Positions 21,953-32,607 of a stretch of DNA of 64,000 nucleotides are shown here, in pieces. Under the pieces are notes generated by a model, which searched no databases, was not told the DNA's origin, and worked only from the letters and a program-made list of their open reading frames with translations. Numbering within the stretch: the first letter of the stretch is position 1; every line of letters starts with the position of its first letter. Source of the DNA: Planctomycetota bacterium (GTDB lineage Bacteria > Planctomycetota > UBA1135 > UBA2386); assembly GCA_965228735.1 (NCBI GenBank), contig OZ245838.1:2528001-2592000 (forward strand). Direction: 5' to 3'. The position numbers were made by a program, and so were the translations under genes.

Positions 21953-23035
21953 TCACGCGTCGTCGCTCGCCACGAGGTAGCCGAACTCGCCGGGCTCCCA
22001 ATCCACGAACTCGCGCAGCGCGTGGTTGTCGGCCTGGAACTTCGCGGTCAGGTGCTCGCGCACTGGGGCCGGCAGCTTCGCGAACGGATCGCCCCGCCGC
22101 GCGAACCACCGCAACCCGAGACGATCGAGTCGCGGCATCACCTTCTTCGCGAGCCAGCGCTGCGCGTAGTCGCTGATCAACGCGCGCCGATAGTGCGGAT
22201 TGCCGCGCGCCACCGGCGGCTCGGCCGAGAACGTCTGGAGCAGGTGGGCGATCGGCTTCGGCCCGTACCGCACGTGACGCCGCGTGTGGAACAGGTAATT
22301 GCAGAGTCGCAGCACGGCGAGTGCCGGGCCGGACAGCTGCACGTTGGCCTGCTGCGGCGGCGGGTCGTGCGGCTCGACCCCGAGGAAGCGGCAGATCCCG
22401 CCGACGAACGCGGCCGGGTCGCGCTGCAGCCGCTCCATCGGCAGGACCAGGACGCGGTCCGGACCGAACGCAGCGCGATACGCCTGCACGATCGGCGCAT
22501 AGGTCACGTTCCCGAGCACCGCGGTGCTCATGGGATGACCCACGGGATCGCCGCCGACGGCCGGGTCGAGCACGAAGCGCTCGAACGACAGCGTGCCGCC
22601 CATCCGCACGAACTCGCGCCAGCTCGACGCGAGGGCAGCGCGCTGCTCGCGCACGACGAGCAGCACGGCAGCCCCGGGGAACAGCTCGCCGAGGCGACGC
22701 GCGAGGAAGCCCGAGTTGCGCGGCGCCGGCCAGGCGCCGACGAGCGACTCGTGCGACAGGCCGACGACGCGGGCAGTCGGCGCGCGGGCGGCGCGTTCGA
22801 CGACGAGTTCCGCGAGGTCCGTGCCGGGCGACGGCGCGAGGTCCGAACCCTGCACGAGTCGCTCCACCGCGACGACGAACCGGCGCGCCAGATCCTGCTC
22901 CGCGTCCTCCGGCCCGAGGATCGCGAGCTCGGGGTGCGACGCGAACCAGACGTTCTGCAGCCACGTCGACGCGGCCTTGGGCATCCCGGGATGCAGCAGT
23001 TGCAGCGGTTCGTCGCGCGCGGATCGGGACGCCAT
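21953..23035 (-). CDS. Sulfotransferase-family protein
   Basis: HPGMPKAASTWLQ (PAPS-binding loop), GLSHESL, VVREQ. Confidence 0.85.
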   Translation of the reverse strand: MASRSARDEPLQLLHPGMPKAASTWLQNVWFASHPELAILGPEDAEQDLARRFVVAVERLVQGSDLAPSPGTDLAELVVERAARAPTARVVGLSHESLVGAWPAPRNSGFLARRLGELFPGAAVLLVVREQRAALASSWREFVRMGGTLSFERFVLDPAVGGDPVGHPMSTAVLGNVTYAPIVQAYRAAFGPDRVLVLPMERLQRDPAAFVGGICRFLGVEPHDPPPQQANVQLSGPALAVLRLCNYLFHTRRHVRYGPKPIAHLLQTFSAEPPVARGNPHYRRALISDYAQRWLAKKVMPRLDRLGLRWFARRGDPFAKLPAPVREHLTAKFQADNHALREFVDWEPGEFGYLVASDDA

Positions 23036-23167
23036 CGGCGGCGCAGGCTATCACCCGCGGGGGCCGCGGACGAACAAGGATTGCGGGACGGCGAAGCCCG
23101 CGCGATTCCCCGACGGAATCAACGCGTTGGCCGGAAGGTATGCTGGCTGGAACCCGTCCATCCCGTG

Positions 23168-24685
23168 ATGCGCCTCCTCGCCCGGACCCTTCTCGCCGGC
23201 GCCCTCGCCGCGGTCGTCGCCCCCACGCGCGCGGTTGCGCAGGCAGCCGACACCGATCCGCAGGCCGTCGTGTTCCTGCCGTTGACCGAACGCGGTGCCG
23301 GCGCGCCCGGAGCGGACACGGTCGACGATCTCGTCGTGCTCGACGGCCTGCCGCGCCAGAGTGACTACCGCGAGGTCCTCGAAGTGCTCGCGACGAAGCG
23401 CCCGAGCGCGGTGCTCCGGTTCGACCCGGCGAAGCTCGAGCCGGTGTTCGAGAAGCTCGCGCGCAGCCGACCGGGGAACGTGATCGTCGTGCTCGAGCCC
23501 GCGGCCCTCGATGTGAACTTCCACTTCGAGTTCCTCGAACGCGCGGCGCGGCTCGACGCCGACCCGTTCGTCGACTTCGCGTTCGGCTACATGACGGGGG
23601 CAACGGCCGCCGAGGCCGTCACGTTCTGCAAGGGCAGCATCGGCGCGCACAAGGAGAAGCTGCCGCGGTCCGTGCTCGAGTTCGGCCCGAGCAGCCGCCC
23701 AGCCGAGCCACAGCGCAGTCCGCACGGCTGGGCGAAGAAGTTCGACCTGACGCGATACTCGCATGCCGAGGACGCGAGCGACGTCGCGGAACGCCTCACG
23801 AAGATCGCGAAAGGCGTCGGCGTGCTGAAGGCCTGGGGTCACGGCATGCCCGACGGCGTCGACCACGGCATGTCCGGCCGCAGCCTGCGCGACAGCGATC
23901 TCGACCTCTACCCGGCGCTCTACTTCAGCGGGCCGTGTTACTGCGGGGTGCCGTCCGCGTGGTACGGCAACGAACGCGGCAAGATCGCGCGCAAGGCAGT
24001 CGCGCCCGAGGACTCGTTCGTGCTCGCGCTGATCGAGTCGCGCGCGGCCGGCATCTTCGCGGGGCTCGACCCCGACCGCGGCGAGACCAACTTGCACGAG
24101 TTCGAACACCTGTTGCTCACCGGCGAAGCGCTCGGGAAGGCGAGCAAGTCGACCTATGACGACGCCGTCGTCGCCTACCGTCGCGACGAGCTCGTCCTGC
24201 CGCGCTACGAACCCGGCGGGCGCGACCCGCATCGCAACATCGCCGACACGATGATCGCCGGCGGCGCGTGCCGCGCGCTGTTCGGTGATCCGACCCTGCA
24301 GCCGTTCGACGTCGCCGGCGACGACCCGTTCGCCGTCAAGTCGAAGTGGCGCAAGAAGGAGCTCGTCGTCACGTGGCGCGGCGGCGACGATCTCGGCAAG
24401 TACTGGACGCCGGTCGACGTGTTTCGCGCGCAGGGCCGCTGGACCCACCGCATCCGCTTCCGCCTCGAGGTCCCGGCCGACAAGGCCCGGTCGCTGCGGT
24501 CGTTCGCCGTGACGTCGGTCACGAAGGACGGCGACGACCTCGAGTTCTGCTTCCCGACCGCGGCGGTCGAACTCTGGGGCGGCAAGGCGCGGATCCACGG
24601 GCTCATCGTGTTCCCCGTCGACCCGCAGAACCGCGCGCTCTGGGGCGGCAAGGAGTACGCGGCCGAGTTCCGGTTCGGGCGCTGA
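23168..24685 (+). CDS. Secreted C25 (gingipain)-like cysteine peptidase-fold protein
   Basis: Signal peptide; WGHG, FSGPCYCG, ALFGDPTL motifs. Confidence 0.6.
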   Translation: MRLLARTLLAGALAAVVAPTRAVAQAADTDPQAVVFLPLTERGAGAPGADTVDDLVVLDGLPRQSDYREVLEVLATKRPSAVLRFDPAKLEPVFEKLARSRPGNVIVVLEPAALDVNFHFEFLERAARLDADPFVDFAFGYMTGATAAEAVTFCKGSIGAHKEKLPRSVLEFGPSSRPAEPQRSPHGWAKKFDLTRYSHAEDASDVAERLTKIAKGVGVLKAWGHGMPDGVDHGMSGRSLRDSDLDLYPALYFSGPCYCGVPSAWYGNERGKIARKAVAPEDSFVLALIESRAAGIFAGLDPDRGETNLHEFEHLLLTGEALGKASKSTYDDAVVAYRRDELVLPRYEPGGRDPHRNIADTMIAGGACRALFGDPTLQPFDVAGDDPFAVKSKWRKKELVVTWRGGDDLGKYWTPVDVFRAQGRWTHRIRFRLEVPADKARSLRSFAVTSVTKDGDDLEFCFPTAAVELWGGKARIHGLIVFPVDPQNRALWGGKEYAAEFRFGR

Positions 24686-24831
24686 GCCGCGGGTCGCGCC
24701 GGTCGCAACCATCCGATGGCACCGGGCCCGGCGCCGGCCCCGGGAGGCCCTCCCTTAACCGAAACAGCGTGCTACCTTAACCGGGGATTCCTCCCGCCCC
24801 TCCCAGCCCACGACCCGCCCTCCCTTCGCAC

Positions 24832-26484
24832 ATGCGCCCAGGTCCGGCCCCACTGCGTCTGCTCCCAGTCCTCGGTCTCGCGGCCCTCGCGCTCGCCTTC
24901 ACGGCGTGCAGCGACAGCAACTCGACGGCCACGGTCACGCCGCCGGACCTCGCGTTCGTCGGCAGCGTCACGATCGCGCCCAACGACAACCCCTGGGTAC
25001 CGCAAGCGGCGATCATCTCGTGTGAGACGAGTGTCGCGTGCCAGATCCTGCTGCGTATCTTCGACGGCGTCGAGACCAAGGAGGTGCTCGCGAGCAAGGG
25101 CTTCGCGACGAGTCACGCGCGCGTTCCCGCGACCGGCATGCGCCCCGACACGGACCACACGATCGAGGTCGTCGCGCGCGATGCCGACGGCCGCACGCTC
25201 GCGGCCACGACGGCGCTCGACTTCCGCACGCCGCCGCTGCCGGCGTGGTTCCCGCCGCTCGAGATCCAGACCGCGCAGCCGCAGTACATGGAGGACGGCG
25301 TCACGCTGCTGACGATGCTCACCGACGCACCCGGCTGCGTCCCGGCTCTGCTCGACGCCGAAGGCAACGTGCTCTGGTACTTCGACTGCAGCACCTCGGG
25401 CCTCGGTCAGGAGCAGGTCACGGCGTGGCCGCTGCGGAACGGCAACCTCATGCTGCTCGCCGCGACCTCGCTGCTCGTCGAGGTCAACCTGCTCGGCGAT
25501 GTCGTCGAGATGTTCTGGGCCAACGGCCTCGGCGGCTCGGTGCCGGGCGCGACGTCGATCTACACGGAGAGCTTCCACCACGAGATCGTCGAGATGCCCG
25601 AAGGCAGCGATTCGGACTACGCCGTGCTCGGCACCGAGCTGCGCGTCTTTGCCGACTACCCGGCCGACGTCGTCGACCCGACGCAGACCGCGCCGTTCAC
25701 GAACGTGATCGGCGACGAGATCGTCGAGTTCAGGCGCGACGGCACGGTCCTGCGCCGCATCAGCCTGTTCGACGTGCTCGACCCGTACCGGATGGTCTAC
25801 GACTCCCTGAACAACTTCTGGGACGACCACTACGGCGCGCCGACGGCGGACTGGACCCACGCCAACGCGCTCGTTCTCAACGAGAGCACGGACAGCTGGG
25901 TCGTGTCGCTGCGCCACCAGGACTGCGTGTTCCAGGTCGGCCGGAAGACGGGTGAGCTCGAGTGGATCCTCGGCGACCCGGCGCGCTGGAACGCGCCGTG
26001 GAGCAACAAGCTCCTCGCCCCCGTCGGCGCCAACTTCGAGTACCAGTACCACCAGCACGCACCGCAGCTGCTGCCCGACGGCACGATGATGCTGTTCGAC
26101 AACGGCAACCACCGCGCGATTCCCCCGACGCCGCAGATGCCGTTCCCGCAGTCCTACAGCCGGGCCGTCCAGTACCGGGTCGACGAGATCACCCAGACCG
26201 TCGAACAGGTCTGGCACTACGGTGGCCCACCCGGTGGCACGGAACCGTCGTTCTTCTCGTTCTTCGTGAGCAGCGCGTTCCGCCAGCCGAGCACCGGCAA
26301 CGTGCTGATCTGCGACGGCGGCAAGGGCGGCCCGGGCGGCTCGATCTGGGGGCGCGTGCTCGAGATCACGACCGAACCGACGCCGCAGGTCGTGTTCGAG
26401 TGCAGCGTGCAGGCCGACGGCGTCACGAACATGGAGGATTACTTCATGTATCGCGCCTACCGCCTGAGCGGCGTCTACCGCTGA
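24832..26484 (+). CDS. Aryl-sulfate sulfotransferase (ASST family) lipoprotein
   Basis: Lipobox FTAC; FHHE, DWTHAN, SLRHQD, YHQHAP, LFDNG. Confidence 0.9.
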   Translation: MRPGPAPLRLLPVLGLAALALAFTACSDSNSTATVTPPDLAFVGSVTIAPNDNPWVPQAAIISCETSVACQILLRIFDGVETKEVLASKGFATSHARVPATGMRPDTDHTIEVVARDADGRTLAATTALDFRTPPLPAWFPPLEIQTAQPQYMEDGVTLLTMLTDAPGCVPALLDAEGNVLWYFDCSTSGLGQEQVTAWPLRNGNLMLLAATSLLVEVNLLGDVVEMFWANGLGGSVPGATSIYTESFHHEIVEMPEGSDSDYAVLGTELRVFADYPADVVDPTQTAPFTNVIGDEIVEFRRDGTVLRRISLFDVLDPYRMVYDSLNNFWDDHYGAPTADWTHANALVLNESTDSWVVSLRHQDCVFQVGRKTGELEWILGDPARWNAPWSNKLLAPVGANFEYQYHQHAPQLLPDGTMMLFDNGNHRAIPPTPQMPFPQSYSRAVQYRVDEITQTVEQVWHYGGPPGGTEPSFFSFFVSSAFRQPSTGNVLICDGGKGGPGGSIWGRVLEITTEPTPQVVFECSVQADGVTNMEDYFMYRAYRLSGVYR

Positions 26485-26544
26485 ACTCCTCACACCCGGG
26501 CGCGCGCCACAGCGGCACCGCCCCATCGTCGGGGCTGGCCCGCT

Positions 26545-27612
26545 TCAGTCGTCGCCGAGATACCGCCGCCGCAGCTCGCCCCACGCTTCGCTCTCGAGCG
26601 CCGCGAGCAGGGCCTGGTTGACCGACTGGCGCAGTTCACTGCCGTGCGCGAACGCGAACGCGTAGCTCTCGCGCCGCAGGATGTGCGGCAGCACGTGCAC
26701 CTCCCCGCCATCGCTGGTGAGCGATCGCAGGATCGGTTGGTCGTAGACGACGGCGTCGAGCTCGCCGGCTTCGAGTTGCTGCATCGCGGCCGGCACGTCG
26801 AGAAAGCCCGTGAACTGCAGCCGGCGGTCCTCGAGCCAGCGCGCCGCGGCCGACCCCGTGACCGTGCCGACCCGCGCCGTCGGCAGATCCTGCGGTCCGC
26901 GCACGACGCCCGTCATGCTGTCGACGGTCAGGGCGGACGCGATCGCCGCCGTGTAGCTCGAGATGATGATGATGCTCGCGAACATCCAGATCAGCGCCAC
27001 GATGCGACCGCCGAACGTCTTGGGTGACTTGTCGCCATAGCCGACGGTCGTCATCGTCACCGCGGAGAACCACAACCCGGCGCCGACACCCGCCAGACCC
27101 TTGCCGCCGAACTCCTCGGGGTTCTGTCTCCGCTCGAGCAGCCACACGACGACGCCGCAGATCGCGAGCACGAGCAGCAGCCCGAGCAGCGCATTGAGGA
27201 AGCTCGCGGACACCAGACTGTCGAGCACGGCGAGCACGACGTTCTGCTCGTGCGCGCGGGTCGCGATCCCGAGCCCGGATGTCAGGAACGGGTGCGAGAA
27301 GTCGATCGTCTCCGCCCGTTCGGCCGTCACCGTGGTCGCCGCGACCGCGACGTCCACCGTCCCGGCCGCCGTGTCCGCGAGCATTGCCTGCAGATCGCGC
27401 TCCACGAACTCCGTCGTGCGCCCGAGTCGCTCGGCGACGAGCCGCCAGAGCTCGATGCTCAGGCCCGTCCATTGGCCATCCTCGCCCTTGATCGCGAACG
27501 GCGGCGTCGGCTTGGTCGCGACCGTCAGCGCGTTCGGACCGGTCGCGGTCTCTTGCGCCGGCAGCGCGGCGAACGAGAGGAGGACGAAGAGGAACCAGCG
27601 CAGATCCCGCAT
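26545..27612 (-). CDS. Substrate-binding domain / K+ channel fusion (GluR0-like ligand-gated channel)
   Basis: Signal peptide, SBP family 3 domain split by TM-pore-TM with TMTTVGYGD filter. Confidence 0.9.
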   Translation of the reverse strand: MRDLRWFLFVLLSFAALPAQETATGPNALTVATKPTPPFAIKGEDGQWTGLSIELWRLVAERLGRTTEFVERDLQAMLADTAAGTVDVAVAATTVTAERAETIDFSHPFLTSGLGIATRAHEQNVVLAVLDSLVSASFLNALLGLLLVLAICGVVVWLLERRQNPEEFGGKGLAGVGAGLWFSAVTMTTVGYGDKSPKTFGGRIVALIWMFASIIIISSYTAAIASALTVDSMTGVVRGPQDLPTARVGTVTGSAAARWLEDRRLQFTGFLDVPAAMQQLEAGELDAVVYDQPILRSLTSDGGEVHVLPHILRRESYAFAFAHGSELRQSVNQALLAALESEAWGELRRRYLGDD

Positions 27613-27698
27613 TGGCGAGAGCCTAACCCGCTTCGCTCACCAGGATCACGCGCCACCACGCCGTAATCGCCCGTGAGCCGGGAGATCGCGACGCAGAA

Positions 27699-29261
27699 TC
27701 ACTCGGGGCGACTGCGCGCCGGGACCCGCACACCGAGCCACTCGCGGCGCCAGTGCGCGCCGGTCGCGCGCCCTTCTGCCGACGCATACTCGTAGCGATA
27801 CCATGCGATCCGCACCCAGCGCGGCGGGGCTTCGAACGGCCGCGACCAGAACAACCGTTCGACGGCAGGTTCCCCGGCGAGCAGGCGCTGTTGCAGCGCG
27901 CCGAGCCAGGCGTCCTCGCTCGGCGGACAGAAGCCCGCGAACCACAGGCGGAACCCGAGATAGTCGTGATAGGGCGCGAAGAAGGTCGGTGCCCGGTCGA
28001 CGGCTGCCGGCGGCCCGAGGAGTTCGTAGTCCCGCCAGTCGCTGCCGTCCTCGCTGCCCTGCACGACGAGCACGAACCGCTCCTGCGGCATGAGGCAGAA
28101 CATCGTGTAGCACGACGACAGGCGCAGCGGCTGCAGCGCGTTCGCGACGCGCGCCCCCGCCGGCCAGTAGTCCGCGAGCTCGAGCCGCACCGGGATGAAG
28201 CACGGGCCGAGGCTGGCCGCGAAGTAGACGAACGCAGCGCCCCATACACCCCATCGCAGGATCAGCCCGCCGCGTTCGCGTTCGGCATCCGGCTGTCGGT
28301 CGACGGCCAGGTCGAAGCCCGGTTGGCCGGCCCCTACGCCCGACCGTCTGCCGAGCCAGCAGCGCATGCGACCGAACACTCGTCGCAACGCGCCGTCGTC
28401 CCACATGAAGAGCAACAATGCTGCGGTGAGTGGCTGGAAACCGCGGATGTTGCAGACGAGCTGGATCCCGACCATGAGACCGAGGCAGACCGCGGCGGCG
28501 AGGCGGCGAGGCCAGCCCGGCACGAAGAACAACCACGGCAGCACGACCTCACAGAGCAGCGTGAACGCCGTGAGCGCTTGCAGCCAAGGGGCGCCGAGGT
28601 CGTGGAACCAGGCGGCCCACGGCGTCGGATGCGGCATCGTCAGCAGGAAGTCCGAGACGGCGGACAGATCGCGCCACGGCTCGTGGTAGAGCACCTTCGC
28701 GAGACCCGGGCCGAACAGCAACCGGAACGCGAACCACACGACGAGCCACCGCGCCCAGCGCGGCAACCGCGCATCGGCGCGCCACAGCAGCGCGTTCGCG
28801 GGCGCCACGAAGAACCCGAGGACGAGCAGCTCGGTCTGCAGATCGTCGAACGGGTAGTTGAACCACCGCACCATCCCGGGCTCGATCGCACGGAACGACA
28901 ACCACGCGACATAGCCGACGAGACAGCACGCCCGCGGGAACACACCAACCGCGAGCAGACCGCCAGCGACGACGCCGGCAGCGATCACCGCGCGCACGAA
29001 CCACGACGCGCTCGTGAGCCAGAACAGCGACGGGGCCTGCCAGATCGCAGCCGCCGACCCGTGCCCCCCGCGTTCTCGCAAGTCCGCCATGATGTCGGCG
29101 AGCGGCGTGATCCCACGCGGCCCGATCAGCCCCGGCGCCTGCAGCCACAAGGCGACGAACGCCACGACGAGCCCGAGCCCGAGGCAACGCAGATAGACCG
29201 ACCGCGCGATCCCGAACGTCGGCTCGCCGGCTGCCGGTTTTGGCACCGACCCCATCGTCAC
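27699..29261 (-). CDS. Lipase maturation factor family protein
   Basis: GLIGPRGITP, WFAFRLLFGPGLAK, MPHPTP, FRLWFA. Confidence 0.85.
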   Translation of the reverse strand: MTMGSVPKPAAGEPTFGIARSVYLRCLGLGLVVAFVALWLQAPGLIGPRGITPLADIMADLRERGGHGSAAAIWQAPSLFWLTSASWFVRAVIAAGVVAGGLLAVGVFPRACCLVGYVAWLSFRAIEPGMVRWFNYPFDDLQTELLVLGFFVAPANALLWRADARLPRWARWLVVWFAFRLLFGPGLAKVLYHEPWRDLSAVSDFLLTMPHPTPWAAWFHDLGAPWLQALTAFTLLCEVVLPWLFFVPGWPRRLAAAVCLGLMVGIQLVCNIRGFQPLTAALLLFMWDDGALRRVFGRMRCWLGRRSGVGAGQPGFDLAVDRQPDAERERGGLILRWGVWGAAFVYFAASLGPCFIPVRLELADYWPAGARVANALQPLRLSSCYTMFCLMPQERFVLVVQGSEDGSDWRDYELLGPPAAVDRAPTFFAPYHDYLGFRLWFAGFCPPSEDAWLGALQQRLLAGEPAVERLFWSRPFEAPPRWVRIAWYRYEYASAEGRATGAHWRREWLGVRVPARSRPE

Positions 29262-30262
29262 CCCGTCGCCGTGCGAGGCGGCGAACCGGCAGCCGATGGC
29301 CGGCCGGCGGGTGGCCGCTCACCGGACGGAGCGTCCGCCGACGGGGTATCTGCGGACGTTGTAGCCGCGGACGATGTATCCGCCGACGTTGTAGCCGCTG
29401 ACGTTGTAGCCGGTGATTCGGGCGCGCGGCGTGGCCGCGCGTAGCCGCCGACCGTTGCCGCCCGCCGCCGCGCGAACTCCGGCAACTCCGACCAGTGCAC
29501 GCCGGGAAAGTCGTGGTGCTCGGAATGGTATCCGATCTCGAACATCGTCCGGTTGTAGAACGGCAGCAGGAAGTCGTTGGAGTGCCGCGGCACCTTGCCG
29601 CTCGGCCAGTCCTCGCACCCGGCATGCTGCACGTGCATGCCGCGCCCCATGGTAATGCAGTTCGCGCACCACTGCGGCAGCAGCCACAGACACAGTCCCA
29701 TGACGGGGTCGATCCAGAACGGCACCGGCCATACCACCGCGAACCAGAACAGCTCCGTCCACGCCTCGCGCGGCTCGAAGCGCCCGGCGCGCGCGTCCGC
29801 GACGATGTGGTAGTAGTGCCGCCACGGCCAGTGGCGGATCATGAAACGCCGGCAGCTCTCGATCCGACCGTCGGGCAGTCGCTGCAGCACACTCCAGTCG
29901 TTCGGGCCGAGCAGGTACTTGTGGTGCACCGCGACGTGCAGATGCCGCCACCACCGCGCCGGCCAGCCCGCGAACGGGGTCCACAACCGCTCGAACCAGC
30001 GGTTGACCGCGCGGCTGCGGAAGATCGGCCGATGCGCGTGATTGTGGTAGTTCACGCCGAGGTCGATGCCGCTGATCCAACCGAGCAACGGAGCAGCCGC
30101 CAGAACGAACACGGCCCGCGACCAGACACCGCTGAGTCCCGCGAGGTCGGGCAGCAGCCAGCAAGTGAACGCGAGGCCGTACGCCACGACCACGAACAGA
30201 TGATAGGTCGCGCAGTGGGCATCCGCCGGCCGCGCGAACAGGCGAGTGAGAACGGGCTTCAT
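29258..30262 (-). CDS. Fatty acid desaturase-family protein
   Basis: His boxes HNHAH, HVAVHH, HSEHH; low-complexity C-terminal tail. Confidence 0.85.
   Translation of the reverse strand: MKPVLTRLFARPADAHCATYHLFVVVAYGLAFTCWLLPDLAGLSGVWSRAVFVLAAAPLLGWISGIDLGVNYHNHAHRPIFRSRAVNRWFERLWTPFAGWPARWWRHLHVAVHHKYLLGPNDWSVLQRLPDGRIESCRRFMIRHWPWRHYYHIVADARAGRFEPREAWTELFWFAVVWPVPFWIDPVMGLCLWLLPQWCANCITMGRGMHVQHAGCEDWPSGKVPRHSNDFLLPFYNRTMFEIGYHSEHHDFPGVHWSELPEFARRRAATVGGYARPRRAPESPATTSAATTSADTSSAATTSADTPSADAPSGERPPAGRPSAAGSPPRTATG
29325..29414. repeat. Six degenerate 15-bp tandem units (GACGTTGTAGCCGCN-like) encoding ATTSA/DTPSA
   Basis: Read directly from the sequence. Confidence 0.85.
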
Positions 30263-30495
30263 CGGACTTCCCGGACGAGCCCGGCACTCCGGTCCGGGCA
30301 ACGGCCTTCCTTCGGGACCGAACGCGCGCTACACGAAATCCGCGCGCGGAGGCAATCGCCGGCTCGATGCGCTCGACCGCGCCCCGAGTCGGCCATGGCA
30401 ACCCCGCGATCGACGCGATCACCCGCATCGGCCCCCAGCGACCGAATCCGGCCCTCGAGGTGGCCCCCCGGCCGATCGACGCAACAATCGTCGCC

Positions 30496-32595
30496 ATGGA
30501 TCCCCGCCGTCATGCCGGACCGGCCCTGGCGCTGGCCGTCGCCACCCCGTTCTTCCTCTGCTGTGCCGCCTCGCCGGCCCAGGCGCAGCCCGCCGGCGAA
30601 CGCCGGCCGACCACTCACGAAGACGTCTGGCTCATGCGTCGCGTCGGCACGCCCGTGCTCGACCCCGCCGGCGCTCGCGCGATCGTGGCCGTGACCGAAC
30701 CGTCGTACGACAGCGACGAGACGATGCGCGACCTCTGGCTCGTCACGACGGATGGCAGTGCGCCGCCGCGCCGCCTCACCTCGACCCCGGGCGGCGAGAG
30801 CGCCGTGTCGTGGCGCCCGGACGGCGCGCAGATCCTGTTCGCCGCGCGGCGTGGCGACGACGAGAAGTCGCAGGCCTACGTGCTCGACATGAACGCGCCG
30901 GGCGAGGCGCGACGGGTCACGTCGCACGGCGGCGGCGTCAGCAATCCGCGCTGGAGCCCCGACGGCCGTCACCTGCTCTTCGAGAGCACGGTCGACGCCG
31001 ACGACGGCACCGACCTGGACGCCGACGTCGCGGCCAGCGCGTACGACACCTTCCCGATCCGCTACTGGGATCGCTGGCTCGACGACCGCCAGGTCCACGT
31101 GTTCGTGCAGCCGATCGACGGCAGCACGGCGCCCCGCGACCTGCTCGCCGGCACGAAGCTCGTGGGGCACCGCGGGTTCAGCGCGTCGCCGGGCCGCGGG
31201 CAGGATTCGCTGCAGGCCTGCTGGACTCCGGACGGTGACGAGATCCTGTTCGTCGCCACGACCGAACGGGATCGCAGCGCGTTCGACCGCGTCCGCTACC
31301 ACATCTACCGGGTGCCGGTCGCGGGCGGCGAACCGCGGCGGCTGACGGGCGACCCGGACGGCAGCGAGTCGGGGCCGCGCTTCGATGCGACGGGACAACG
31401 GCTGCTGTTCATGCGGTCACCGAAGACGAAGTTCGTCTACGACCACGCGCAGCTGATGCTCATGCCGTGGCCCGGCGACGGCTCGAGCCGGCGACTCGCG
31501 AGCGACTTCGACCGCCCGATCCACGACTTCGCGACGCACGGCGACCGCCTCTGGGTCGTCGCCAGCGAGCACGGCCGCCGCCGCATCTTCACGGGCGTGC
31601 TCACGTGGGACGCCAAGGAACTGCGCCTGCTCGACCCCGCATCGCGCGGCGTCTACGCGGGCATCGCGGTCGGCGGCGACGAACCCGTGCTGCTCGCGCG
31701 CTGGGAGGACTCGACGCATCCGGCCGAGGTCGTCCGCGTCGAACCGACGGGCGGTCACCGGCAACGCCTCACCGAGTTCAACGTCGCCCGCGCGGCCGAG
31801 CTCGACCGCCAGCCGTTCCGCGAGTTCTGGTTCGAGAACGCGGCCGGCAACCGAATCCACTGCTGGCTCGTGTTGCCGCCGGCCTTCGACGAGACGAAGA
31901 AGTATCCGCTGCTGACCTGGATGCACGGCGGCCCCCACAGCACGTCGCTCGACGCCGATCACGTGCGGTGGAGTCCACACCTCATGGCCGCGCCGGGCTA
32001 CGTCGTCGTGCTCGTCGACTACACCGGCTCGGTCGGCTACGGCGAGGCGTTCGCGCGCGCGATCCAGGGCGACCCGCTGCGGACCCCGGGCCACGACCTG
32101 CTGCACGCCGCCAGGGCCGCGGCCGAGAAGTTCGCGTTCGTCGACCTCGAACGCCAGGCCGCGCTCGGCGCGAGCTACGGCGGCCACCTCGCGAACTGGA
32201 TGCTCGCGACGACCGACCACTTCCGCTGCCTCGTCGGGCACGCCGGCCTCGTGTCCCTCGAAGGGCAATGGGCAACGAGCGACGTCATCCACCACCGCGA
32301 GCTCAACAACGGCGGCCCGCCCTGGGGCGACAGCACGATCTGGCGCGAGCAGAGTCCGTCGACGTTCGCCGCGAACTTCAAGACACCGACGCTGCTGACC
32401 GTCGGTGAATCGGACTATCGCGTGCCGCTCAACCAGACGATCGCCGCGTGGTCATACATGCAGCGCCAGCAGTGTCCGGGCCGCCTCATCGTGTTCCACA
32501 AGGCCAACCACTGGATCATGCGCGGCGCCGACGCACGCTACTTCTGGAACGAGGTGCACGCCTGGCTCGCGCAGCACCTCGCCGCCGGGCGGTAG
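30496..32595 (+). CDS. S9 family peptidase, secreted
   Basis: WD40/TolB-like repeats (WSPDG), HGGP, GASYGG, DYRVP, NHW. Confidence 0.93.
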   Translation: MDPRRHAGPALALAVATPFFLCCAASPAQAQPAGERRPTTHEDVWLMRRVGTPVLDPAGARAIVAVTEPSYDSDETMRDLWLVTTDGSAPPRRLTSTPGGESAVSWRPDGAQILFAARRGDDEKSQAYVLDMNAPGEARRVTSHGGGVSNPRWSPDGRHLLFESTVDADDGTDLDADVAASAYDTFPIRYWDRWLDDRQVHVFVQPIDGSTAPRDLLAGTKLVGHRGFSASPGRGQDSLQACWTPDGDEILFVATTERDRSAFDRVRYHIYRVPVAGGEPRRLTGDPDGSESGPRFDATGQRLLFMRSPKTKFVYDHAQLMLMPWPGDGSSRRLASDFDRPIHDFATHGDRLWVVASEHGRRRIFTGVLTWDAKELRLLDPASRGVYAGIAVGGDEPVLLARWEDSTHPAEVVRVEPTGGHRQRLTEFNVARAAELDRQPFREFWFENAAGNRIHCWLVLPPAFDETKKYPLLTWMHGGPHSTSLDADHVRWSPHLMAAPGYVVVLVDYTGSVGYGEAFARAIQGDPLRTPGHDLLHAARAAAEKFAFVDLERQAALGASYGGHLANWMLATTDHFRCLVGHAGLVSLEGQWATSDVIHHRELNNGGPPWGDSTIWREQSPSTFAANFKTPTLLTVGESDYRVPLNQTIAAWSYMQRQQCPGRLIVFHKANHWIMRGADARYFWNEVHAWLAQHLAAGR

Positions 32596-32607
32596 CCGGT
32601 TGCCGGC

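Noticed and set aside
22022..23167. 887-aa version of the C25-like ORF
   Set aside because: The extension is antisense to the sulfotransferase; the signal peptide starts at 23168.
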